In this document: piece by piece, positions 38,688-47,620 of the stretch
Layout of the letters: each line of letters opens with the position of its first letter
Numbering within the stretch: the first letter of the stretch is position 1
Assembly: GCA_017608405.1 (NCBI GenBank)
Contig: JAFCFX010000003.1
Location: 1 to 51,799 of the forward strand
Direction of reading: 5' to 3'
Length of the DNA: 51,799 nucleotides
Source of the DNA: Candidatus Pacearchaeota archaeon
GTDB lineage: Archaea > Nanobdellota > Nanobdellia > Pacearchaeales > GW2011-AR1
Notes under the pieces: model-generated
Database searches by the model: none
Told to the model about the DNA's origin: nothing
The model's input: only the letters and a program-made list of their open reading frames with translations
Translations under genes and position numbers: made by a program

Positions 38688-39481
38688 TAACCTCAAAAAT
38701 AACAGGAGATAGAATCAAATCATATTTAGAACAAGGTAAAAGATTTGATAATAGAAAACTAGAAGAATTTAGAAAAATAGAAATTGAAACAGGTATTTCA
38801 AAAAATGCTGAAGGATCTGCTAGAGTTAAATTAGGAGACACAGAGGTTTTAGTTGGAATAAAAATGAATGTGGGGGAACCATATCCAGATTCACCTGATA
38901 AAGGAAATTTAATGGTAACAGCTGAATTACTTCCATTAAGTTCTGAAAGATTTGAAAATGGACCTCCAAGATTCCCTGCAATTGAGTTGGGGAGAGTATT
39001 AGATAGATGTGTCAGAGAAAGCAAATTTATTGATGTTGAAAAATTATGTATTAAAAAAGGTGAAAAAGTATGGACTATTTTTATTGATGTTTATTCAATA
39101 AATGATGATGGAAATCTTTTAGACGCTGCTGGAATGGGAATTATAGCTGCATTAAAAAATGCAAAGATTCCAAAATATGATGAAAAAGAAGAAAAAGTAT
39201 TATATGGTGAATTAACAAACACAAGTATTCCCTTATCTAAAGATACTCCCTTATCTCTTACTTATCATAAAATTGGAAATTCAATAGTTGTTGATCCTAC
39301 TAGAGAAGAAGAAGATCTAAGTGAAGCAAGAGTTACAATCGGTAGCAATAATGGCATAATTTCTTCTATGCAAAAAGGAGAAGAAACAGCATTGACAATA
39401 GAAGAAATAAATAGAATATTAGACACGAATGAAAAAGTCTGGAAAGAAGTTTTTAAAAACATTGAGAAACATATAAAATAA
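38684..39481 (+). CDS. rrp42: Exosome subunit Rrp42
   Basis: AEGSARVKLG.T, PYPDSP, IELGRVLDR, DDGNLLDA, DPTREEE. Confidence 0.94.
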   Translation: MITSKITGDRIKSYLEQGKRFDNRKLEEFRKIEIETGISKNAEGSARVKLGDTEVLVGIKMNVGEPYPDSPDKGNLMVTAELLPLSSERFENGPPRFPAIELGRVLDRCVRESKFIDVEKLCIKKGEKVWTIFIDVYSINDDGNLLDAAGMGIIAALKNAKIPKYDEKEEKVLYGELTNTSIPLSKDTPLSLTYHKIGNSIVVDPTREEEDLSEARVTIGSNNGIISSMQKGEETALTIEEINRILDTNEKVWKEVFKNIEKHIK

Positions 39482-39482
39482 G

Positions 39483-39857
39483 ATGGCAGTTCAAGATTTT
39501 TCAAAATATGAAAATGCAAGAATTCTTGGAGCAAGAGCATTGCAAATTGCAATGAATGCGCCACTTTTAATTAAAATTAGTGATGAAGACTTAGAAAAAA
39601 TAAAATTTGATGCTCTTAAAATTGCAGAAGTTGAATTAAATTCAGATATCCTTCCAATTTCCATACACAAACCTTTTCCAAAGAGAAAAGGAGGGGAATT
39701 AAAAAGACCTAAAGAGAAAAAGATAAAAGACAAAGAAATTGAAGAAATGGAAGCTAAAGAAGAAGAGGAAATTGCAAAAGAAGGGGAAATAATGCAACTT
39801 GCAACTCCTGAAGATGAGCAAGATAATGAAAGTTCTTCTGGAAGTGGTGAAGAGTAA
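39483..39857 (+). CDS. rpoK: RNA polymerase subunit K (Rpo6) with acidic C-terminal extension
   Basis: FSKYENARILGARALQIAMNAP. Confidence 0.92.
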   Translation: MAVQDFSKYENARILGARALQIAMNAPLLIKISDEDLEKIKFDALKIAEVELNSDILPISIHKPFPKRKGGELKRPKEKKIKDKEIEEMEAKEEEEIAKEGEIMQLATPEDEQDNESSSGSGEE

Positions 39858-39893
39858 GGAAAAAATTATAAACTGATTTTCTTTGAGTAAATT

Positions 39894-41048
39894 ATGAAGA
39901 TTAAGGGAGTTGATGCTAAGGCCATATTAGATTCTAGAAAAGACAAAACAATTATGGTTTTGATTAAAACAAATGTTGGGAATTTTTCTGCGTCTTCTCC
40001 AAATGGGAAATCAACAGGAAAATATGAAAAAAAAATCTATAAGAAAGATCTTGAATCAGATATTAAAGCAATAAAAGATTTTAATGAATATTTTTCAGAG
40101 GAATCAATAGATAAATTTGAAGACTTACGAAGAATTGAAGATATTGTCGAGGGCCATGTTGGAGCAAATACTTTATTTGCTTTAGAATCAGTTGTATTGA
40201 AAGCACTAGCAAAGGAACAAAAAAAACAAGTTTGGGAATTAATAAATAATAATGCAAAAAAAATGCCGAGACTTGTTGGCAACTGTATTGGTGGAGGGGC
40301 ACATTCTGATTCTCAAAAAAAACCAGATATTCAAGAATTTGAATTAATTTCAAATTCCAAAACAATAAAAGAAGCATATGAAATAAATAAAAAAGCAAAA
40401 AAACAAGTTAAAATTTTTCTTGAAGAATATGATGAGAAATTTAAAGGCGAAAAAAATGATGAAAATGCGTGGATGACTTGTTTAACTGACAAAGAAGTTT
40501 TAGATGTATTAAAAAAAGTAAAACTTCCTTTGGGTTTAGATGTTGCTGCTTCTAGTTTTTATAAAAGAAAAAAATATCACTATGAAAATCCTATGTTTAA
40601 GAGAACTATCTTAGAACAAGAATCATATTTATCTAATTTAATTAAAAATTTTAATTTATTTTATATTGAAGATCCCTTTGAAGAAGAAGATTTTGAAAGT
40701 TTTGCAAAATTAACTAAAAAATTTCCAAAATCATTGATTGTTGGAGATGATTTAATTGTAACAAATTCAAAAAGATTTGAAAAAGCAATTAAGATGAAAA
40801 GTATAAATGCTATAATTGTGAAGCCCAATCAATGTGGTTCTTTACTCGAAGTAAAAAGAGTATGTGAATTAGCAAAACAAAATAATATTAAAATTGTTTT
40901 TTCCCATAGGAGTGGGGAAACAGATGAAACAATTCTAGCTGATTTAGCATTTGGTTTTAATGCTGATTTTTTTAAGTGTGGTATTGAAGGGGATGCCAGA
41001 GAAGAAAAAATCAAGAGGTTAATTGCAATCGAAAAAAGCCTGGCCTAG
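39894..41048 (+). CDS. eno: Enolase (shortened)
   Basis: ILDSR, GKSTG, GGAH, QEF, LDVAAS, IEDP, VGDDL, VKPNQ, SHRSGET. Confidence 0.9.
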   Translation: MKIKGVDAKAILDSRKDKTIMVLIKTNVGNFSASSPNGKSTGKYEKKIYKKDLESDIKAIKDFNEYFSEESIDKFEDLRRIEDIVEGHVGANTLFALESVVLKALAKEQKKQVWELINNNAKKMPRLVGNCIGGGAHSDSQKKPDIQEFELISNSKTIKEAYEINKKAKKQVKIFLEEYDEKFKGEKNDENAWMTCLTDKEVLDVLKKVKLPLGLDVAASSFYKRKKYHYENPMFKRTILEQESYLSNLIKNFNLFYIEDPFEEEDFESFAKLTKKFPKSLIVGDDLIVTNSKRFEKAIKMKSINAIIVKPNQCGSLLEVKRVCELAKQNNIKIVFSHRSGETDETILADLAFGFNADFFKCGIEGDAREEKIKRLIAIEKSLA

Positions 41049-41273
41049 GGCTTCTTCTAAATCATCCCAGATAATTCCTGGTAAACCTAATTCTCTTTTT
41101 AAAAAAACAAGGCCTTCAAAAAAATCAAATTTAGGAGTTTCTCTTATGTTTTTGTAATTTAAATGTCTATAACAAAAAGTGCAGAAATTTTTTTGTTGCA
41201 CAGGGTATAAGTGACCTTGAGTATCACATTTATAATATCTTTTTCTTAAATGATGAACTAGTTTTGCTTGCAT
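41019..41273 (-). CDS. Small Cys/His-containing hypothetical protein, antisense between eno and rps2
   Basis: C...GH...CTFC..H possible zinc ligands; fills the eno-rps2 gap. Confidence 0.5.
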   Translation of the reverse strand: MQAKLVHHLRKRYYKCDTQGHLYPVQQKNFCTFCYRHLNYKNIRETPKFDFFEGLVFLKRELGLPGIIWDDLEEALGQAFFDCN

Positions 41274-41353
41274 GCATATTTAACTTAAGATTTTATAATT
41301 TAATAGTTTTTGCAATAGAAAACCTTTTTAAACTAATTTTCATCTCAATTCCT

Positions 41354-42139
41354 ATGAGTGAAGAAAAAATTGAAAAATTAAAGGGGAAAGAATTAGAAGC
41401 TGAAGCTGAAAAAGAATCATTAGCAACTGAAAAACCTGAAAAGTCAATTGAAGAAAGAAAAAAAGAATTACTAAAAAGAGTTAAAAAACTTAAAGAGAAA
41501 GTTGATGTTACTAAAACAGAAGAGTTGAAAGAACAAGTTAAGATTAAGAAAAGAACAGACATGCTTATCCCCCTTGAAGAATATGTAAAAGCAGGTATTT
41601 ACCTTGGAACAAAGGTTGTAACTCCGGACATGAGACCCTTTGTTTATAGAAGGAGGGCAGACGGATTAGCTATTTTTAATACAGATTTAATTGATGAAAA
41701 AATAAAAGAAGGAATTGATTATTTAAGTAAGTTTAATGCAGAAGATATTATTCTTGTTTGCAAGAGACAGGCAGGTTGGAAAGCTGCAGAAATGTTTTCT
41801 AAACTAACAGGGATAAGAGTATTTACAAAAAAATATCCTGCAGGGGTTTTAACAAACATTCAATTACCTGATTTTTTTGAAAATGAATTAACAATTGTTA
41901 CTGACTCATGGCTCGATAAAAATTCACTAAATGATACTGTAAAAATTCATAAGAAAGTCTTAATGATTTGCGATACAAATAATTTTGCAAAAGGTTCTAA
42001 TAAAGTAATTATTGGAAACAACAAGAGTGCAAAAAGTTTAGGAGTTATTTTCTATTTACTTGCAAGAGGATATTGCAAAGAAAAAAATATCAAAGCAAAT
42101 ATTCCTGATTTAGAGTGGTGGACTGGGGAGAAAGAATAA
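41354..42139 (+). CDS. rps2: 30S ribosomal protein S2 with charged N-terminal extension
   Basis: LIPLEEYVKAGIYLGTK, DMRPFVYRRRADGL, ICDTNN, IIGNNKS. Confidence 0.92.
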   Translation: MSEEKIEKLKGKELEAEAEKESLATEKPEKSIEERKKELLKRVKKLKEKVDVTKTEELKEQVKIKKRTDMLIPLEEYVKAGIYLGTKVVTPDMRPFVYRRRADGLAIFNTDLIDEKIKEGIDYLSKFNAEDIILVCKRQAGWKAAEMFSKLTGIRVFTKKYPAGVLTNIQLPDFFENELTIVTDSWLDKNSLNDTVKIHKKVLMICDTNNFAKGSNKVIIGNNKSAKSLGVIFYLLARGYCKEKNIKANIPDLEWWTGEKE

Positions 42140-42592
42140 TCACAATTTAAAAAAAAGCCAGCTCTTATCAGGCTTGTTTCCGTATTTTGTTTTTATCAAA
42201 GCATATTTTCCCTTGAGTTTTTTTCCCTTAATATTTATTAAAATTTCTTTTAGATTCTTTTTCTCAATAGTATAAGTTCCTTGATCCCAAATCTTTACTG
42301 TTCCTGCACCATAACTGCCTTCTGGAATTGTTCCTTGAAACTTTGCATAACTCAGGGGATGATCTTCAACTTGTATTGCTAATCTTTTTAATGATTTTTT
42401 TCTTGGGGGTTGTTTTGGGACTGCCCAACTCTTAAGAACATGATTCATTTCTAATCTTAAATCCCAATGAAGATGTGATGCATTATGCTCGTGAATAACA
42501 TAAACCAATTTTTTTCCAGAAGCCTTGGATTTTGTATCTGGCTCACCTGATTTCTTTAAGTTTCGTTTTTTCTTATATTGTGTTAAAGTCAT
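42140..42592 (-). CDS. Stand-alone LigD-type 3'-phosphoesterase (PE) domain
   Basis: HEHNASHLHWDLRLE, SWAVPK, RLAIQVEDHP, YGAGTVKIWD.G. Confidence 0.9.
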   Translation of the reverse strand: MTLTQYKKKRNLKKSGEPDTKSKASGKKLVYVIHEHNASHLHWDLRLEMNHVLKSWAVPKQPPRKKSLKRLAIQVEDHPLSYAKFQGTIPEGSYGAGTVKIWDQGTYTIEKKNLKEILINIKGKKLKGKYALIKTKYGNKPDKSWLFFKL

Positions 42593-42649
42593 ATATTCTA
42601 GAGGATAATTATTTTTATAAACATTTCTTGATGTGCTTAATTAACTCAA

Positions 42650-43024
42650 ATGGCAAAGGAATATGAAACCAAAGTAAAAAAACTAATTGATTTTAAAACA
42701 GGTGCAAAAAGAGATAGTAATCTGGGTAAAGGAGCATTTGAATTAATTAGTCCTATTGCATTAGCAAGATTATCAAAAGTCTATGAAAGAGGAGCTGTTC
42801 AAAAAGGGGCAAGAAACTGGGAACAGGGCTTTCCAATGAGCAGGGGAGTCCAGTCTGCAATAAGGCATATATTTCAGTTTTTAGAAGGAATGAGAGATGA
42901 AGATCACTTGGCTCAAGCAGCATGGAATTTATTTGCAGTCATGCATTTTGAAGAATGTATAGAAAGGGGCATTCTTCCAAAAGAATTAAATGATTTGCCA
43001 GATTATATTAAGGAAAATGAGTAA
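42650..43024 (+). CDS. DUF5664 / dATP-dGTP diphosphohydrolase N-terminal domain protein (phage-type)
   Basis: F.TGA.RD..GKG.FELI, GA.K..RNWE.G, SA.RH, EDHLA.AAWN. Confidence 0.8.
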   Translation: MAKEYETKVKKLIDFKTGAKRDSNLGKGAFELISPIALARLSKVYERGAVQKGARNWEQGFPMSRGVQSAIRHIFQFLEGMRDEDHLAQAAWNLFAVMHFEECIERGILPKELNDLPDYIKENE

Positions 43025-43385
43025 AAATTTAGTCATGAAGTCGCGGATAAGAAAAATTAAGCAAGTTCCTAGAAAGACCTGTGGAAGTTGTAGTCACGAA
43101 AAAAATTTTGAAGATTATGGGGATGAAGAGAGTCATGATGAAGAAAAAAAAATAGAAATTTCAGAGAGAGAATTTGATATGACTGTAGATGAGGTTTTAA
43201 AGAGAAACTATCAAGAAGCAGATACTTTAACTATAGAAAGAAGAGAATATCAAGATTTAATGTATGTAAAAGGAAGAGATAAAAAATATGATGGCAAAAG
43301 ATTAGTTTATTATAAACAAGGAAAAAGCATAGGATATAATGTGGTTGACAAGGAAGAAGCTGGATTCAATAACGGAGGAAAGTAA
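43017..43385 (+). CDS. Hypothetical protein
   Basis: CxxC motif, acidic stretch; overlaps both neighbours tightly. Confidence 0.6.
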   Translation: MSKNLVMKSRIRKIKQVPRKTCGSCSHEKNFEDYGDEESHDEEKKIEISEREFDMTVDEVLKRNYQEADTLTIERREYQDLMYVKGRDKKYDGKRLVYYKQGKSIGYNVVDKEEAGFNNGGK

Positions 43386-43664
43386 ATGCCTTATATACCA
43401 GAAGAAGATAAGAAAAAATACGAACCTGCATTGACTCAATTAAGGGCAAAACTAAAAGAACTTAATCTTGGAGATGGGGTGGCAAAGGGGGAATTAACAT
43501 ATCTAGTTTTTGCCCTCGGATTAGAATTTTTCAAAAATAGAGAATCTTATACTAATATTAGTAATTCTATAAGTTGTTTAAATGATGCTGCTGAAGAAAT
43601 AAGAAGAAGATGCTTAAATGACTATGAAAACAAAAAAATCCAAGAAAATGGAGATGTATTGTAA
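43386..43664 (+). CDS. Phage-type small helical protein (DUF6899-like)
   Basis: MPYI..., GELTY, Y..I, E..RR...YE.KKI.ENGDV. Confidence 0.65.
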   Translation: MPYIPEEDKKKYEPALTQLRAKLKELNLGDGVAKGELTYLVFALGLEFFKNRESYTNISNSISCLNDAAEEIRRRCLNDYENKKIQENGDVL

Positions 43665-43717
43665 TTTATACATTTTATCACAATAGAATTTAAAAAGAAA
43701 ATTTGTTTTGTTTTTTT

Positions 43718-44134
43718 ATGGAAAGAGAGCGTGTTTATTTTGGGCATCCTGTAAACTTATATCATACCCCTAAAGAAGCTGAATTAGAACAAAAAATTAA
43801 TGAATTTTTTCCTGAACTTAATATTGAAAATCCAAATAGAAAGATCCATGGGGAAGGTTACCAAACTTGGAAGAAAAAGACTGGAAATGGCATGAAATAT
43901 TTTTATAATCAAGTGTTGCCAAATGTAAAAAAAGGAATTTTTTTGCCTTTTGAAGATGGAAAATTTGGAGCAGGAGTTTTTAAAGAAGCTAAGTGGTTAG
44001 CAGATAGGGGTGTTGATATTTATGAAATTAATTTAAATGGAGAAATAACTAAAATAAAAAATCTAGATTCAATTAGGTGTCTGAGTATTGAAGAAACAAG
44101 AAAAAGAGTTTATGGAGATAAAAATGGCGTTTGA
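43718..44134 (+). CDS. Nucleoside 2-deoxyribosyltransferase-like (N-glycosidase fold) protein
   Basis: RVYFGHP, ENPN, GAGVFKEA..LA.RG..IY pattern with putative catalytic Glu. Confidence 0.55.
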   Translation: MERERVYFGHPVNLYHTPKEAELEQKINEFFPELNIENPNRKIHGEGYQTWKKKTGNGMKYFYNQVLPNVKKGIFLPFEDGKFGAGVFKEAKWLADRGVDIYEINLNGEITKIKNLDSIRCLSIEETRKRVYGDKNGV

Positions 44135-45509
44135 TAAAAAAACATATGTTATAACTTCTGCACAAGCTGTTGGAGATTATGATGATAGAAGGAGGCATCT
44201 TAAAGGAGCGCCAAATACAAATCTTCTTGCAGGATTAGAAGCGTATTGTCTAGAATATAATGCAGAAATGGCGATTCTCACAATGAAAGGACAAAATGCA
44301 AACGAGGCAATCTTGCATCCTGCACTTCAAGATAGAAAAGATCTCTTATGGCCAGACCAAAGAAATAAAAGGCTAAACCATAATGTTACTATTTCTGATA
44401 TGATTGTGCCCCCACAAAATATTGATCCTGCAACAGGAAGAGGAAGATTTGTTCAGGAAGACACAAGTTTAATTTATGCTCATCCAAAGCAAAGATTAAA
44501 ACCTGTTGCATCAAGTAATAGAAAATTGCCAAAGCTTTTAGCAACAACAGGCGCACTTACTCATCCTAATTATAATGAAACAAATCATAGGGGAGATGTT
44601 GCTGCAAGAGATCATTCTTATGGGGCTGTTGTAGTTGAAATTATTGATGATGATAATTATAATCTTAGACATATGAGGGCGCAAGGGGATGGAAAATTTA
44701 TTGACATGGGGATTAAATTTAATGGAGCAAGAAAATCCACCAAAACAAATGTAGAAGCTTTGGTTTTAGGAGATATTCACTGGGGGGATGAAGATGAATC
44801 AACAATAAAAGCAAATTATGAAATGATTGATTATTTCAAACCCAAAAGATTATTTTTACATGATTTTGTAAATGGGCACAGTGTTAATCCTCATAAAAGG
44901 GAAAACTTAATCACTAGGGCTCAAGAATATAAAAAAGAGAGATTAAGTATTGAAATAGAATTAAAAAAAGCATATGCAGAACTTTGTAAATTATCCAAGG
45001 CGATGGGAAAAAGAGAAGTGAATCTTGTTGCTTCAAATCATGGTTTTTTTTTAGATAGATATCTTGAATCAGGCGCATTTATACATGAGCCTTGGAATCT
45101 AAAAATTGCTTTAAAATTAGGAGAAAAAATGGTTGAGGGAAAAGATCCTATTAAAGAAGGAATTAAAATGATGGGAAAAGTTCCAAGTAATGTTAATTTT
45201 TTACAATTAAGAGAAGATTTAAAAAGATGGGGATGGCAACTTGGGAGCCATGGTCATAAAGGGGTTTCTGGTGCTCGTGGGAGTGTTAATAGTAGGGAGA
45301 TTGGATGGGGAAAAAGTATTACAGGACATACTCATGCACCTGAAATATTAAGAAATACTATTATTGTGGGAACAAGTACAAAACTTGAACTTCCTTACAC
45401 AGAAGGGGGAGCAAATTCTTGGATGGGTGCTAATGCACTTTTATATGAAGGAGGGCTTGTTCAATTGATCCCGATTATTAATGGTAAATGGAAAGGCAAG
45501 AAAAGATGA
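44124..45509 (+). CDS. Phage T5 A1-like metallophosphoesterase/nuclease
   Basis: YVITSAQ, TTGALT.PNY, HSYGAVVVE, GDIH, HD..GHS.N.H, SNH, HGH.G..GARG, TGHTH, NGKW in the same order as T5 A1 (from recall). Confidence 0.75.
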   Translation: MAFDKKTYVITSAQAVGDYDDRRRHLKGAPNTNLLAGLEAYCLEYNAEMAILTMKGQNANEAILHPALQDRKDLLWPDQRNKRLNHNVTISDMIVPPQNIDPATGRGRFVQEDTSLIYAHPKQRLKPVASSNRKLPKLLATTGALTHPNYNETNHRGDVAARDHSYGAVVVEIIDDDNYNLRHMRAQGDGKFIDMGIKFNGARKSTKTNVEALVLGDIHWGDEDESTIKANYEMIDYFKPKRLFLHDFVNGHSVNPHKRENLITRAQEYKKERLSIEIELKKAYAELCKLSKAMGKREVNLVASNHGFFLDRYLESGAFIHEPWNLKIALKLGEKMVEGKDPIKEGIKMMGKVPSNVNFLQLREDLKRWGWQLGSHGHKGVSGARGSVNSREIGWGKSITGHTHAPEILRNTIIVGTSTKLELPYTEGGANSWMGANALLYEGGLVQLIPIINGKWKGKKR

Positions 45510-45646
45510 TTGAAAAAGTTACAAGGTTTGGAACAGATGTATTTGCAGATGTTGAGAGGGATAACTTAAGAAAAGAAAGATGTTTATGTCTAAATTGTAA
45601 AGATATGTCTGATTGTGAAACAGCCAAAGATCCTCGTCGAGGTTGA
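45506..45646 (+). CDS. Small Cys-rich protein (46 aa), possibly truncated; not in ORF track
   Basis: MIEKVTRFGTDVFADVERDNLRKERCLCLNCKDMSDCETAKDPRRG; ATGA overlap with the upstream gene. Confidence 0.55.
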   Translation: MIEKVTRFGTDVFADVERDNLRKERCLCLNCKDMSDCETAKDPRRG

Positions 45647-45655
45647 TTTTTCTAA

Positions 45656-45670
45656 CGAAAGGTTTATAAA
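45656..45670 (+). promoter_or_regulatory. rRNA operon promoter (BRE + TATA)
   Basis: CGAAAGG TTTATAAA upstream of the structured 5' spacer. Confidence 0.65.
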
Positions 45671-45898
45671 TTAAATTTTTTTAGCTTAATTACTTAAGAT
45701 GATTGCCTTAATAAAGTCAAAATTTTTAAAATTAGACCGTAAGGTATGATGTATGTAGAATCAGTCATCTTAGTTGTACAATTCTTTATAATTATGTAGC
45801 CAATAGTTAGGGGTCGTGTGAAGTGTTCTTGATATTTTATCGTCGAGAATGCGCTGAGGTTATTCTCTTTTTAATTAAATAAATAATCAATGAGGTTA

Positions 45899-47387
45899 AA
45901 TCCAGTTGATCCTGCTGGCGGCTGCGGCTCTCTGGTTTGCAGTTAGACATGCAAGTTTTTTTGTTGATTCTTCGGAATTAGTAAAAGGCAAACTGCTCAG
46001 TAACACGTAGCTAATCTACCCTTAAGTCAAGGATAAGCTTGGGAAACTAAGTCTAATACTTGATAGGAGATATACCCTGGAATGATGTATCTCTTAAACT
46101 CGTGCTTAAGGATGAGGCTGCGGCGGATTAGGTTGTTGGCGGGGTAATAGCCCACCAAGCCAAAGATCCGTAAGGGCTCTTAGCGGAGGGGCCCTGAGAG
46201 GGAATCTGAGACACTATTCCCAGCCCCACGGGGTGCAGCAGTTAGGAATAATCTACAATGCGCGCAAGCGTGATAGTTTGAGCCAGAGTGCGTTTCTTTT
46301 TGAAACGCTTTTGTGAAATGTAAAAAGTTTCACGAATAAGGACTGGGTAAGACTAGTGCCAGCCGCCGCGGTAATACTAGCGGTCCAAGTCGCAGCCATT
46401 TTTATTGGGTCTAAAACATCCGTAGCTTGCAGCCATTTTTATTGGGTCTAAAACATCCGTAGCTTGTTTGATAAGTCTCTTGTGAAATTTTATATCTTAA
46501 GTATAGAGCGTGCAAGAGGTACTGTCGAGCTAGAGACTGGAAGACGTAAGAAGTATGTTCAGAGTAGCGGTAAAATGTGTTAATCCTGGACAGACTAACA
46601 ATAGCGAAGGCATCTTACGAGTACAGTTCTGACAGTAAGGGATGAAGGCTAGGGGCGCAAAACGGATTAGATACCCGTGTAGTCCTAGCAGTAAACACTG
46701 CACACTAAACATCAGTTCCTCCTCGAGAGGCATTGGTGCTGAAGGGAAGCCGAAGAGTGTGCTACCTGGGAAGTATAGTCGCAAGGCCGAAACTTAAAGG
46801 AATTGGCGGGGAGACACTACAACGGGTGACGCGTACGGTTCAATTAGATTACACACCGTGAACCTCACCAGGAGCGACAGCAGAATGAAGGTCAGTCTAA
46901 AGGGCTTACCTGACACGCTGAGAGGAGCTGCATGGCCGACGTCAGCCTGTGCTGTGAAGTGACCTGTTAAATCAGGTAACAGGCAAGACCCACATACATA
47001 TTTACTACGTGTACTATATGTAGATTGCCTTGGTAACGAGGATGAAAGTGTGGGCTACGTTAGGTGAGTACAGCCCGAATCCCCTGGGCAACACGTGCGC
47101 GTCAATGGTGAATACAATGGGACGCAACTCTGAAAGGAGAAGCTAATCTCTTAAAGTTCATCTCAGTCCAGATTGAGGTTTGTAACTCAGCCTCATGACG
47201 CTGGAATCCGTAGTAATCGGGTGTTATCAGCGCCCGGTGAATACGTCACTGTCTCTTGCACACACTGCCCGTCAAACCAACCAAGTTTAGTTATGGTGAA
47301 ACTTTTCGAAGGAGAACTTTGGCTAGATGAGGTAGGTTAAGTCGTCACAAGGTATCTGTAGGGGAACCTGCAGATGGATCACCTCCT
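45899..47387 (+). rRNA. rrs: 16S rRNA (archaeal, divergent)
   Basis: TCCAGTTGATCCTGC 5' end, GTGCCAGCCGCCGCGGTAA, GGATTAGATACCC, AAACTTAAAGGAATTGGCGGGG, 3' GGATCACCTCCT. Confidence 0.97.
46392..46465 (+). repeat. Perfect 37-bp tandem duplication inside 16S
   Basis: GCAGCCATTTTTATTGGGTCTAAAACATCCGTAGCTT twice. Confidence 0.95.
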
Positions 47388-47506
47388 ATAAATTTATTAT
47401 ACAATAATTATCAGAATAACAGCGAGGCTGTTTCTACATACGCATCTTATAATTAAGATTAAGTAAAACACAAACCTTAAAAACAACAGCGCCGAATTAT
47501 CATTAA

Positions 47507-47620
47507 GGGCCTGTTGTCCAATGGCTAAGATACCTCGTTTGCACACGACGCGACAATTTCGTTGTGGTCGCGAAGTCGTCAAAAACCGAGGAGACCCGTG
47601 TTCGACTCACGGCAGGTCCA
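47507..47620 (+). tRNA. tRNA-Ala(TGC) in the 16S-23S spacer with 42-nt intron (47544-47585)
   Basis: GGGCCTG/CAGGTCC acceptor, CCTCG/CGAGG stem, BHB TTTG/CAAA flanked by ACGAC/GTCGT. Confidence 0.93.

Larger units (their letters stand above)
45852..47427 (+). other. 16S pre-rRNA processing stem with BHB motif
   Basis: CGCT-GAG-GTTATTCT (45852-45866) pairs with AGAATAAC-AGCG-AGG (47413-47427). Confidence 0.7.

Noticed and set aside
1957..41562. Many Phe/Leu/Ser-rich antisense or alternate-frame ORFs (e.g. 5805-6179, 16808-16999, 24027-24473, 26354-26686, 34637-35143, 38608-39024)
   Set aside because: Shadow ORFs of Lys/Glu-rich genes or overlapping a tRNA; fully nested in better-supported features
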